Source of the DNA: Phallusia mammillata
Taxonomy: Eukaryota
Assembly (NCBI GenBank): GCA_965637545.1
Contig: OZ281495.1
Span: 22,506,001-22,570,000 of the forward strand
Direction: 5' to 3'
DNA length: 64,000 bases
Under the pieces are notes generated by a model. It was not told the DNA's origin and did not search any database. It saw nothing but the letters and a program-made list of their open reading frames with translations. Both the position numbers and the translations under genes were made by a program. Of the stretch, positions 1 to 13,500 are shown piece after piece (the stretch's first letter is position 1; each line of letters begins with the position of its first letter).

Positions 1-1597
1 TATCACGGCCCAAGACGACTATTATACACATTAGCAGGGAAAAGCAGGACGCAGTGCGGTATGGCAGCGACGGTCTATTATACTTGGTGCACTTTGCGAG
101 ATATTAGCGTGAGAACAGCAAGGTGTGTACAGGGCGTGGTCTGCTGTCAAGTTTTAGTAGTGATTCTGGAAAATATCAAGATTTCAAAGTGGCTCAACCG
201 TTTTTTATTCCCGGATTTATTGTTTTTTATGTTAGTTATCAATTTTTGATTGATTCGATTTGAATTGTTTTCAATTGTAAGAAAAATTTGGCTTATTTGG
301 TGTTTAAAGTATTGTTTTTCTACATCTTGGATTGGGTAAAAAATGTGCGTTGTGTGTGTTTTAATGCATGGGCATTCGCGATTATCGACAATTGATCGAT
401 TGTTTCCAAGCGCCGTTCAACGGTAATAATTTATAGATGGCTATCATTGCATGTTATTCCCAGGTGAATACGAATTAATTGTTGTTGTCTTAACACCCAA
501 ATGTGTTTTCTAAACGGTAATAGTGTGAGTTACTAAAATAGCGTTATTTAAATCAGTGTGATTTTAGTCTAAATATTTTACTTCAAGTATTTGTTGTTGC
601 CAGACAGGATAATAGTTTTGATCAAAGCACTTTTTGTAAATCGCTGCTGCCTGTGAAATATTTACGAGAAAATATTCAACTCGTCCTTTTTCGGGTATCA
701 ATTTTTCATGCGGCTTCACCCGCTTGTGGCCACAACGCCGTTTAAGGCTTCTCTTAAAACTGTGTCAGGGCAAGGTGCGAATGTAGACAAACTTGCAGCA
801 GCTGATTGGGCCACTATTACGCCAATGGGTTTGTTTATTATTATTCTTTGTTTCGAAACGACCTATGTTTCTTAGCAGATTTTCCAGGCAAAAAGAAATT
901 TTAACCTTATGTTTGATTTTGCAAATATTGAGAACGATAGGCAGCGTGACATAGAGTAACAAAGCAAGTACAACCAAGTATAATAAAAGCTCTTGGTGCT
1001 TTTTAAAATCAATTCTAACAGGTTTAACCTTGTAGTTGTTAACGGCGGGTTGTCATTGTCTTATAAATCTGCACCCAAAAGTGCAGTTGTGGTTGATTGT
1101 CGATGACCCTCCTGATTATGTTAAATGTTTGCATTTTCTGAATATTACTAAAATGCGAAGTGAATTCATCTAATAATTCAAACCAGCGTTTGTCGCCTAT
1201 TGACGGACATCCAGGACTCCAAAGAATCAATAGCAATTTAATAAATGTAGCGTAGACGTTGTTGAGGGCCATTCCTGTCAAGGCATATGTGGGATTACAT
1301 AGAAGATTGACGTGTGGATGAGCAACGACACAATAAAATAAACTATTTACTCTTTCAGAAGCTGTTACACGATTATAGGTAATCTTTGTAAAACTAGTGA
1401 ATCGCTGACCGTTTCATCGGGTAACGAAGTCCAAACTTTGTAACCATTTTGATGCGAGATAGTGCACGAAGAAATGCCCTACTTTAATCTGGGACTTAGG
1501 ATTTAGAAGGCACGATGTGTACGGCGTGTCCCATGTAAAGACCTACAATCGCACGGAAATTGCAAAAACTGCACAGGAATACACGTAACGTTTCACC

Positions 1598-4500
1598 ATG
1601 GCGATGATAAGGGGACGCAAAATGAAAGCGACCGAAACGAAGCAACTAGCTGACTCTACAAACTCCAAGGTAGGACGTGTCCACTTTGATGTTTACAAGA
1701 TTGAGTCCAAGGCTTAAGCTTGTGTTAAACGACTTGAAGAGGCTAAATTATTTAAAGCATCCCTCGCTTAAGTTCCATAAGCGTAAGAGTATTGCCTACT
1801 ACAAAAAACACACAATGTTTATTTTGGGGGTCAAAGGGGACTTTCGCGTTTTTTTACTCTCTCAGTGTTAATTGGAAGCATGCTGAATTTGCTAGTTCAC
1901 AGGACACCGAAGCATGGTGTTTCTAAACAGTTACGTTTAGGAAGGAGAAATACGTAATTTTGGGGTGTAGCATTAACTTTTTTCTAACATTTTGTATTTA
2001 CGCGTTGCCGCAGGAGTTGTTGTTTTGTTCAAGTTGGTTGCGGTTGGCAACGTTGCTAAGAGAAACCTTTCATGCTTTCAAGTGTTCAAACAAAACAATA
2101 TGTATGGAGAAGATTTTCGTAAATAGAGAATTTATAGATAACCAATCTAGAATAATACAGCGTGAAATAAAACTGTCTTGTGTGCCTTTCCCAGAACACC
2201 GTTTCTTTCAAACGAGCAAAACTTTTAGTGAAAGGGTCAGAAAAATATCTTTGAAAAATAAATAGATTTCAACCAAAGTTTACTTAAGTAATATTTTGAA
2301 GAATGTAGCAGTATCTGGTGCATATACACAAACATTATTATTTAGGTAAAAGGGGCAGTGAAAAATATATTTTTAATAAAGGCCCGGGAGTCGTACTTGG
2401 TCCACCCCTAGTTTAACCACTCATACGACACACGTTAAAATTGTTGTCTCTCAAAGTTACTCACTGGCGCTAAGCATTCCCCAGAGTCAGAAAAGTCGAT
2501 AAACTAACGGAACGCAATAACGCCCTTAATTGTCCACAGATTTATTCCAACCCCGCAATTCTCTGTTCAAATAACGTTGCTCTTCGTTTTGTTGAAGCAT
2601 TTTTGTTTTGCTTTTGTAACCAGCACGCTGTTCTCCAAATCTCGTTTCCAGTCCAACGACACCATGCGTTACCATATCGGGTGTTACATTAAGAGGCATT
2701 ATTATTCAATGGTTCGTTAGGCTTCATTCACGTTGTCTGGCGACGAACTACGTTTGTCACCTTGGTATACAGTAGATGTGCGCTGATGATTCTTAAGCCA
2801 ATCCCACAGCATAATCCCTGCCAGTAGCTTTTACTTGGTTTTAGAAGTGAATGTGGTTTAAGTTGAGGCGAATTGTTCGCTGTGTTCAGCAATATCAGGT
2901 GGCCATTACCACAAGAGTTGTTTATGTGGCCGATTAACATGTACGTGTAGCCATGGGTTGCAGTTCTGGTGGCTCGCTGTTTGTCGGCTTCTACTGGGAT
3001 CGCTTCAGCCCTGTTTACGATGAAGTAAGTGCATTACGCGGACGGATTACATAGTTTTAGGCGATAGGTACGTAAATGCATTTGTTTGCTTTAATCGCGG
3101 ACATTGTTTTGACTCGAGGCAAAGCTTGTATGATTTGAAAGGATTGAGGCATCGATGATTTGAAAGAATTTTCGGCATCGATTTGAGATTCTACGAACGC
3201 GCATTTTAAAACCGGATCAGGATAATCGTAACTTTCGACCTAACCCTGCCGAGTACCGTCTACTTGACACTGAAGATGGCATTACCTAAAAATGTCATGC
3301 TTCTCACTGCTTCGTGAGGTTGTTTACGCAAATCAGTTTGTATGATTTGCAAACTGAACTGTTTAGTTTGTATGATTTGCAAACTGAACTGTACATGCCG
3401 TGCCAAACGCAGGCAAATAGATTACGTGGGTTTTCAATGATGAAGAAAACTTATCATTTTTAATCGCTGCACACAAAATTTCCCAAACACTTTTATCGTA
3501 TCGTGGACCTTTAAAGCTGAAAGAGCATTTTATTTAGAAAATCATAAACATGTAATATTTTAATAAAAAACATTTAATGGAATAGGTATACAGGATTTTT
3601 ATCGGTATTTGGTATCTTACCAGTGCCTAGAAAGAGTCGCATACCGATTCTGTGCCACAGGTTAGCGACCCTGTTTCTTAAGTCGAACAATAAAAGTCAA
3701 AACTATGTTGAAATGTGGAACAAAACAACCGTTCCTTGCGTTTTGCATTTTTCAAGCAATTTGTGTATCAAAGGCCTTTTATCAATTTGGAGCTTTAGTG
3801 CAAATTCATTTTAGGTATTTTTGCGGTTTGTGAATGTGGGTGTTCATATTATGTGTTGATGTTTCAACAGTTAAGACCACTGGCGCGTTTGAAGGAGCAG
3901 CGCCGACTTACCATAGGCTATTCGACTACACCCGAGCAAGTGTTGACTGCCATTGACGACCCTGACCCGTATTACAAAGATAAAAAGGTGAGTGTCGTTT
4001 CATGCCACATTGCACTAACCCAAGCGGAACTTGTGAAACGACGGCATACTTACTACTGGTTGGGTAATACACACAAACAGATTTGGCAGGGTTTTTACCT
4101 ATCACGTTATGACTGGTTAGGTTAGATTTGTGAGAAACATATTCACTTAACGCAACACTGAAAACGCGTTTCGTAAAAACCCTAGTAACAGCTTAATGCA
4201 CAATTTGGGTTCCTATAAATTGCACATAAATGCGCGTAGTGGAAACAGGTCTACAAACCACAGTTTTGGCGGTTTTTCTTATCCAGTATGTTTAAAAGGT
4301 TTTGCTGATTTTTTGCAGACTTTTCTCGTGTTGAACAGGGATCGCCTTATTTATCGCTTCAGCGAAGAAAGATCTCTGTATCTTTTCACAAGAAACAGTA
4401 GGATACGAATGGCCTTCATCAACATACTGATTAACAAGTGGTTTAACGGAATTGTTATAATGACGATTCTTCTCAACTGCCTGGTCATGATGCTTAATGG

Positions 4501-7500
4501 CAACGAGAAACCGATGTGGTCCGAAAAATACGTTGAGTAAGTCAGTTGTGCACTATGATTTACCAGAAACCAAAGTAGGTCATATCGTTTCAAAACAAGG
4601 ATGCGATACAATAAGCCTCCTTAATAATTTAGTCAGCTACATTTAAAACCGATATTATTTAGTCCACAATAATGTTTAACAAAAATGTCATCAAGATTCG
4701 TTTACTGTTTTTAAAACTGATCTTTTTTCTCAACAGAAACGTCTTTACTGCCATTTATACGATTGAGATGATAGTAAAAATTTTGGGCCGGGGTTTTGTG
4801 CTTCACCGGTTCAGCTACTTGCGTGACCCCTGGAACTGGATCGATTTTGTCGTCATCGTCGCGGCGTGAGTCATTCCAAAATACAAACTTATTCACTAAA
4901 TCTAAAATGATATTCCAATTCCGGGATCACTAATCTTATTGACGTATTTTTACAAGAATTTCATGATTGGAGCAAATTTTCGCTGCGGCTCGTTTTTGTT
5001 TGATCTGGAAGAGAAATCATAAAACGGGGATATTTGCAAAAATCACGTATTTACCATGTAATCTTTTCGCATTTTTTATTCGTAAAAAATATCAAAACAT
5101 TTATTTTGTTTTGTTTAACGTTTAATCAAAAACCTATAATCGTACAAAAGCTAGGGATATGAGTTGTTGATTGTTCGTAACTTATCATTTCATTTACAAG
5201 TTATATAATAAAATTATTGAAAAAGTTGACAAAGCAAAACAATTACAAACCTTCTTTTCAGTAAGGATCTACACAGGCGACTTGCGCTGGTTCTTCACTT
5301 TGCAGACCCGAACAAATGCAATATTCATAATTGTTTATGAGACAGGACAGGGGGCGGCACTTTACTCGCCAAATTGCACGCATAGTTGCAATCGTGCGCT
5401 GTTGTAGCGCTCTGTAACGAATTTGCGTTTCGCTTAGCTCCGGGAGACAACCGTAACAAAAAGCTTTGGCGCGAAATAGTTTAAATAATTTATCGTCGCG
5501 AGCAAGCCGAAGTTCTGTTCGGAAGGACGCGACAAGGCAATTTTTAACCTGTTCGATTGCTCCTCGGCATATACAGTTGTTTACGGCATGGGTCGACAAC
5601 CTTTTTTGCACTGCGGACCGTTTTTGAATAGGAAATTTTATCGCGGACCGGTCTTTAAAAAACGACAAATATTTAGCAATAAAAACGCTTAAATTAGTTT
5701 ATCATCCCCGGGATACATGGGCAAAATGTTTTATACTATTTAACCTGAAAAATTATACGGCCCGGTAACAAACTCCTCGCGGACCGGTACCGGCCGCGCA
5801 CCGGCGGTTGCCGACCACTGGTTTACAGCTTATTGTGTAAAAATCGCTGTAAAAGTAAGCAACCCTATTTTTGTTCGTGCGCGAAAGCAATTTATGTTTA
5901 AATATAAGTTCATGTCCAAGTCTGGTCCACATGCTTCCAATACAGTTTAGCTTGTGTGCATGTCATATTGAATTTAATACTTTACAGATACATACTCATA
6001 CTGCTCAATCAACTTCCCTCTGCGGATTCGTCCAATCTCAGCAGCCTCACCTTTTTGCGTGCAATCCGTGTGTTGCGTGTTTTCAAAACCGTTTCAGTCA
6101 TCCCAGGTATTGCACCACCACTATGCAACCACCCAAATACAACGCCAAAATCCAAAATCTCCACTCATTTTAGGTCTACGAATGATCGTTTCGGCTTTGG
6201 TGGCATCAACTAAAGCACTGAAGGATGTTATGCTTCTCAGTCTGATGGGATTTTCCATGTTTTCGCTGGTCGGCATCCAAGTGTTTCGTGGCACGTTGCA
6301 GCACAAATGTGTTCTTCTCCCTCCGTGGATGCTTCCGCTTCCTCGCAACTGCTCCTCCTCAAGGTAAGGTTTGTAATATAGCGCATTTAAAACACAGAAC
6401 GCGCATTTGCGTCTTTTTCGAGAACCGTAACTATTCGTTGTACTAAATACTAAAATTCGTGTTACTAAATTATTCGTTACTCCCCATAAAACAGCGGTGG
6501 TGTATTTGTTTCTCGACGAAAAAATATCTTTAAATTGTTTATTATGACCATCTTAATATTTGGCCAAGAAACATTCAGTATCATGCTGCAGCGAACACTT
6601 CTATGTACCTAAAAACTAGAGGCCAATTGAGCATAATGAAAGGGATGGACCAAACACATATCTTGAACTCTCAGTGACCCTGGTCATCGCAATTTGTTTG
6701 CGCATGACTTCAGTCTATTTAGGCATCGCAAATATAGCGCGGAAATCATGTAAAAATACAAGTGTGTAAACACGTTTAGGAATATGGACAGTATTTTGTC
6801 GTAATCGTTTGTTTACAGATATTTTTCGCTTTCGTTTCCCGGTGTGCAAATAAGCAGGGAGTCAATTAATTGGGAAGTAAAACAGGTCAAAGAACCCTAA
6901 ATCCAAATTTAAGGTAGTCTCAAAACAAGCCGTTCAGCGATCTGCCATTTCTGTTTCTTTTTCAGTAATTGGTCAGCAACAGATGACCAGTCCTGTTCGT
7001 TCCAACCTAACTACGCTGCTGATGTACTGCGAGATTTTGGAACAGCTGCTTACGGGGAAATGGTCTACCTTGATCGTCATTGGCGAAGGTTTGTTTTTTA
7101 GGACACAATATACTAACTGCGTGCAAAGCAAAACTGCTTGGTCAATAACGCTTATTCTTAAGTTTTTCTTGTTTTGTGTACATTTAAGGAACTTGCTGAT
7201 GACAGGCTCAGGTTTGTGACTTTATTCATTCTCCCCGAAATTAAACTATACCAAGTCTTACAATTATACCATATTAGCCTGTCGTGCATCCTAGACAACC
7301 TGACATTTCCAACAAAGTTCAAATCGGTCATAAACAAAGAAAACTGCCCTATTTAAACTTTTACCCTTCATTATAGATCCGATGGCTAACATTGCAATTT
7401 TGTTAATTACATGGTGTTTCTATTAGTACAAAATACCAATTTTTGTGTATTTTAAATGCACAGAAAAAATAGAGAGTCCAATAACATAAATATAAAGACA

Positions 7501-10500
7501 ACAAATAACTTAATTGCCGCAACTTCAGTAAAACTATACCAAAGTGCAGACGTCGTCAAGCAGCAACGCGACCATAAATAAATAAATAAATAAATAGAAA
7601 ATAATAAAATAAGTTATATAATAAAAACAAAAAAGCCCGAGAAAACAGTTAATGCGTATAAGTCATGCGTTTCCGAGGAACAATCCGACGTAAAACATAG
7701 CAATGTGATTCCGAATTCCGTCTTCAAATATGGCACACGCGATTTTTCTTTGGCTCGGCAAATGTATTCTTACATGTTGCCTGAAGTGGCATCTCATTCC
7801 TTCGATCATGGCCTGTAAAGGGTAACACATAGTTCAATCAATTTGACAAGTAACATATTTTTTACAACGTTAACGACAAAACATTTTAGCAGCACTGGCA
7901 AACAGTGATGGCATGCATTTTCGATTAAAAGGTGAATTAATGCGGTGTTGTTTAATTCCCATCATGAAAGGTACTTACATCGTTTGAAGTAGTTCTCTGG
8001 AAAGCCAGAGATCGCAACAAATCAAAAGCGTTGCTTTCCAAGTTATCCATGCATGCTGCAGTTAAATGTGAAGGGTCGCATAAAATTCCCTGCAAAATGA
8101 AAGCATTTTTGAAAACTAGGCCTTTCTCACTAGATGTTGCTTAAACCTACTTCCTCATTACTTTTATTAAAAAGCGAATAAAGCAACTTACGTCAGGAAG
8201 TTGGATAGGTGAACGGCTTCTGCAGTGCATTGGATTGTCCTAAAAGAACATGGGTTTGAAACAAATGTAGCTTATGTTGAGACGACGGGATTGGTTATTT
8301 TCTTACCAGTATAACTTCTCTGGCGTTTTGCAACCAAAGAACAAGTCTGAAAATGTCCACAGCCATTTTATCGTTGTTACTCAACGTGACGTCATTCACC
8401 CACAGGGAGTTTACCGAGTTACTTGCATCCATAGATACCTGAAAGAGAAACAAAATGAAGTTTACAAACAGTTTTAGGTTTAGTTGCAAAAACGATAAAG
8501 TGGGGCGTAAATTGTATTTTGAATTCAAATGGTAGCTATTTTTGTCACATAATTTCTGACGCAATCTTCCAGGGTTGGCTGCGGCTTTGATAGTATTTAG
8601 GGTGGATTAACCACTGCAAAAATCACAAAATCCATTGGGAGAAGTAGTTCTTAGGCATGAATGTTGTATCACTCTCGCTTGCATCAGCTATAGAGATCAA
8701 TGCGTCACCCACAAAATCCATGACTTAAGGATTTTTTTTAATTCGGAAAATGCTTTATATGCATTAATTCTACGTCGTACGCATCGTATTTTATACAGGA
8801 AGCATACTAAGTTGATTTTGTATCTAATTTGATATGAAGGTTGCAAAATACAATTCTGCAGCAGAACATTTGGCCCAAACATATTTATAAATTAAATTAT
8901 GCACATTTAAGCAGTTATTTTGATGTTTAAATCTTCGAATAAACGCATTTGTTATTGTAAAAACTTTGTACAGCATATAATTATAATTTTTTGTTGTAGT
9001 TAAAAAGGCTTTTAGTGGGGACTGTAAAAAAGTTTTTAAAAAATAGCGTCGAAAAATATACCCTAGTTGGTTGCAGTTCATACCTGAACTTGTGAGTAGC
9101 TTCTGTCCTTCATCAGATCATTGCCCAATATGGAACTAAAAAACTTATTCTTGTTGTAAGATAACGGTGTACAACGGCTAATCGAGTTTGAACTCGCCGC
9201 AGTAGCCAAAAACAAAATTGCTAACACTGTATTAAATATCGTTGACATATTGGTTTCTTAGTAGTTGCAAAGTCGTTCTTCACTAATATCTCTAGTTCCG
9301 ATGTTTTATACGAGTCAATTCAGATGATTGTCGTCGATGTGATGGCTTCATGATTTTATTGTTCGCTTTTATAGCAGGTACAGGTAATTTTTTCCAAACA
9401 ATTTGGTCAATCTGTTGACCCAGCAGAGACATGGTACTTCCCTTTTGTTTATGAAGCTAGCTATGATGTAACTGATCATCACCGACGAAAATTTGTATTC
9501 ACAAGCAACACTCCAAATTTAGCGAGTTCGTTGTAGCGTTTCCGTTGCCGCCCGAATTTAGCTACTACACTGTAGTATCTTCGGTTTGTACGCAAATAAA
9601 TCAATCAATTGTATTTGATTGTGACGTGAAAGGATATACCATGCACTCTTGTCAGGGGATGCCCTCGTATTTACCTACGATAACGGTTGACCGGGTTTAG
9701 ATTGTCACAAGAATTTTGGGTAATTATTGGAGATCACCGCTTCCGTCGCCGACCCTGGACCGTTCCGTCTATTTACAAACGCACAATAAGTTTCAGTTCT
9801 GCGCTGCCTAAGGATGCTTTCATACAACACAGAAGACACTGGAAGGGTGATTCCCCAAAATCCAAACAAATCACAGAAAACAAAATGATTTTCTCTTGTA
9901 GGTCCTTATCGCTCGCCCGGAATGACAGTGAATACTCAAGTTCCGATGCCTGGTCTAGCACAACAATAACAACAACAATCCAACCGCTTACCACTGAAGC
10001 TTCTTTGTTTGACACTGTTGCAGCAACGGAAAATACAGCGCTACATGGCAAACTCTGCCTTCAAAATAACAATACGTCGTCAAACAATTGGACTTTTGCG
10101 GCAACTGACGTAACGCCGTTTAACAGCACCGGCTATAATTTTGCGTGGGACCGTTGGATCAGCGATTCACGTCATTACCTCAAAAACAGCGACATCTATC
10201 GGTTGTGTGGAAATCAAAGTACTGCCGTGTAAGTTAAATATGTTTAAAATTGAGCTGACTTACTACAATCGGAATCTCTACATTGTCTGCGTTGTAATTC
10301 TTGTTGTTAATACCTTCTTTTTATTTTTCATTCAACCATCATCGGCATATTGAAAGGTTTCATTTCTAAATTTGCCTAAGCTATGCAGCATTTCCTGGCA
10401 ACACGTTTTATGAACTTAAAGTAGAAATTGAAGTGACCATGTTACAAGATAACTGTTGCGTACAGACTTTGCCATAAAAAACATTCGGACATTACATTAT

Positions 10501-13500
10501 TGATAGAGAATTGCCAATGCCAAAACGTATACAGTCGCAAATATAAATCTTATGGCCATATGTCCAAACGGAAATTTACTTTCAAAATAACCGCGCCGTT
10601 TTAGGTTTTCTAGGTACGCCCTTATCTTAGGTCGAAACCTGAAACCGCGAAATTTCCTGGTCATGTTGTCTTCTGTGAAGTATTTTTTTGTTTTTTAGGA
10701 AGTGTCCGTCCTACACTGTTTGTGTCCGAGCTGGCGGAAACCCCAATTTCGGCTACACAAGCTTCGACAACTTTTTCTACGCTTTTCTTTCTGTTTTTCG
10801 ACTTTCGTTGCAGGATAATTGGGAGGAGTTGTATCTACAGATTATGGAAACCAACGGTTTGAGTTTAAACATGCGGTTAATGTAACTATGTAACGCGGTT
10901 GTTTTCAACGCGGAATATCCGTGCTACACGAGTCGCAAAGCACTGTTGATAATATTTTGTTTCGGTAATAATTACCATGATATCACACGAATTTGTCAAA
11001 GTGAACAACTGAAATTAGCGATTTGAACCGAGTCTAAAAAGAGTCGTTCTGAATGCTTGTAATTCGCTTCTATTGCGAATTTTTTTTTTCTTTTGCAGTA
11101 AATCGCAAAAAAAAGACAGAACACACTGATTTACTATCACGAAATGTCTTTCCGCATTGTATTCGCTTAACACAACTTCCATATATTTGCATTTGCAGGG
11201 CAACTTGCGTTTTTCTTCTTTATTGTGATAATTTTCCTCGGCTCATATTACCTCGTTAACTTGATCCTGGCGGTCGTAGCATCTGCATACGAAGGCCAAC
11301 GGAAGGATGTGGCCAATGCTCTTGAAGAAGAGAAACGGGAATTGCTAAGTGAAAAGGTACGGCCAAATGTTACTGCAAACTGCGGATAAGGTGTCTGAAC
11401 ATAATTCACATTCGTGAATGTTTAATGAGGTGGATAGGTCGATACGTGAAAAACGGTTGTGGTTACCTGATAACAAAGTTTCGTTCCATGCCATCAAATT
11501 AAGCTGTTTTCTCCATATATTATTATGTGTCCGAATTTTGTTGTTTCGACGCAAAGTTTGTTATGGTTATAAATTGTCTGTTCTGTATAAATTTCTTATC
11601 AAATTTCTTTATGTGGCAGGAAATTCTGAAAAAACGGCGAAACGCGGCTAGAACAATGAGTGATCTGACGCGTCAATCACAGAAGATGATAAAGGAAGAA
11701 AGCTGCTTTTTAAGATGTCACTGCTTCGAATCCTTTAAAGAATACTTTCTACTGTAAGATTTGGTCGTTTATTATTTACAGATCTCACCAAAAATAAGAT
11801 TCAAATTTCACTTTAGCTGAAAGGTTGGGTTAATGTCTTTCGGTAGAATCACTTTAAAGACCGTTTGTTGTAAAAATATGTAAAAACATGTTACTCGTTT
11901 CAGTTGGTCTTGTTGCGTTGGAGGCAGTTTGATATGCAAAGTGCGTGAGAAATTGGACGAATTCTTTGCAACATCGGTTGCTGAGATGATCACAGTGAGT
12001 TTCGTGATTCTTAACACCTTCTTTATGGCTCTTGACAGGCAACCGATGGGGGCTACGTTGGAAAACACACTTTATGTCTCCAATATGGTAAGTCAAACTT
12101 GAAAAGTTAACCGTATTATTGTGTTCTTTAGGGGTAAATTTCAGGAGATCTGGACCGCATTACCCCACACCATGTAGCTTCAGGTTCGGGTCGGGTTTTA
12201 GACTTGTACTTTCGGTTTCAGGCCGCTTACAAATTTGCTTCACACATGAGTTTAAAACACTCACATACGCTCACAAGGGTGTTTAAAATATTTTTTAATA
12301 TGCAATATTGAAATTCAACAAGCAGTGTTTCTTACTGACAAGTAGGCTAAGATCAGTGTCACCAAGTATCCCGATTCAACGACAAACAAATTTTGGTTTT
12401 GCACTGTTTTCTGTGCAGGTATTTACAATGCTCTTCGCCGTGGAAATGGTGCTGAAAATTTTTGCACTGTCCCCATACAAATACTTCGTTGTAAGTTGGA
12501 ACGTGTTTGACTTCGTGGTAGTCACACTTAGTCTCATGGAGCTCGTACTCTCGGACAAATTACCCAATGGTTTATCAGTCCTCCGAACATTTCGTCTCAT
12601 TAGGCTGGTGCGTATGCCTAATTTGCTTTTAAATGTGTTACGCTTTTGCATGCAGGTATGGACAGTTGTATTAGTATTTAAATATATAACTTTTAATACT
12701 TTACAATGTAAATATTCTAAAAGAAATCACCCAAGTATAACATACTCGTTACTTATAATGAAAAATGTTTCAAATATCTAACTTAATATGTTGGTCAAGT
12801 GAACAAACTTAAACATTAGCCTCTCTGTTGTGCTAATATATAGGTTCGAATTCTTAAATTGGCACGATCATGGCCCACTCTCAGCAAGTTGATGCAGATG
12901 ATCGGGGACTCGCTAAGCAAAGTTGGATACCTCACCCTTGTTCTTCTAATTGTGCTGGTCATTTTCGCCTTGGCCGGAATGCAGACGGTCGGTCCTCAGT
13001 TCTACATGAACAGAGCTAAGGTGAGGGTCATGTTGCTATTTGTATCTCCGTTTCACTCGCTAACTGTGTTAATTTGTTTGCTTTTGGAGGTGCATGTACC
13101 CACCGGTGCCCTCTGCTGTTGACTTTCGCACGCAGGTCATAAGAGACTTTTAGGTTCACTTACTTGATTGCACATAGTGGACGTATTGCATTCAAAAACC
13201 TTTACATAGCACTAGAATCAGTCACGTTGAAAACTTTTGCAACTTTTTATTGCAGTTTACACTTCTAGCATTATTTCAAAAACAAGTCAAGTGCAAACAT
13301 TGAATTTTTCTAAAGGTCAATCTGCATTGCCGTAAAGGTCATTGTAATGTTTTTACAGGATATCCTCCATGTTTTAAGAACACGGTTAGACGAACAGGGT
13401 TTCGTAATCTCGCCTGGAAACTTGATATTTTTTCTTTCTTAAAACAAAAACGCTACACCGCATCCCGACCAGCTGAATATTCATGACCCTTTATAGCTTG

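Noticed and set aside
880-1330. Minus-strand frames with an XK-family flavour (DNQPQLHFWVQIY; WLYLLCYSMSRCLSFSIFA)
   Set aside because: The two motifs are in different frames, too close together for XK spacing and lack supporting splice sites; probably chance.
8530-8721. Minus-strand frame [10 protein letters not shown]...WLIHPKYYQ inside intron 1 of the secreted gene, as a possible extra exon
   Set aside because: In-frame stops, and no phase-0 donor compatible with exon 2.
9687-9901. 5' part of the 181-aa ORF 9687-10232
   Set aside because: Intronic read-through upstream of the real acceptor at 9901; only 9902-10228 is a Nav exon.
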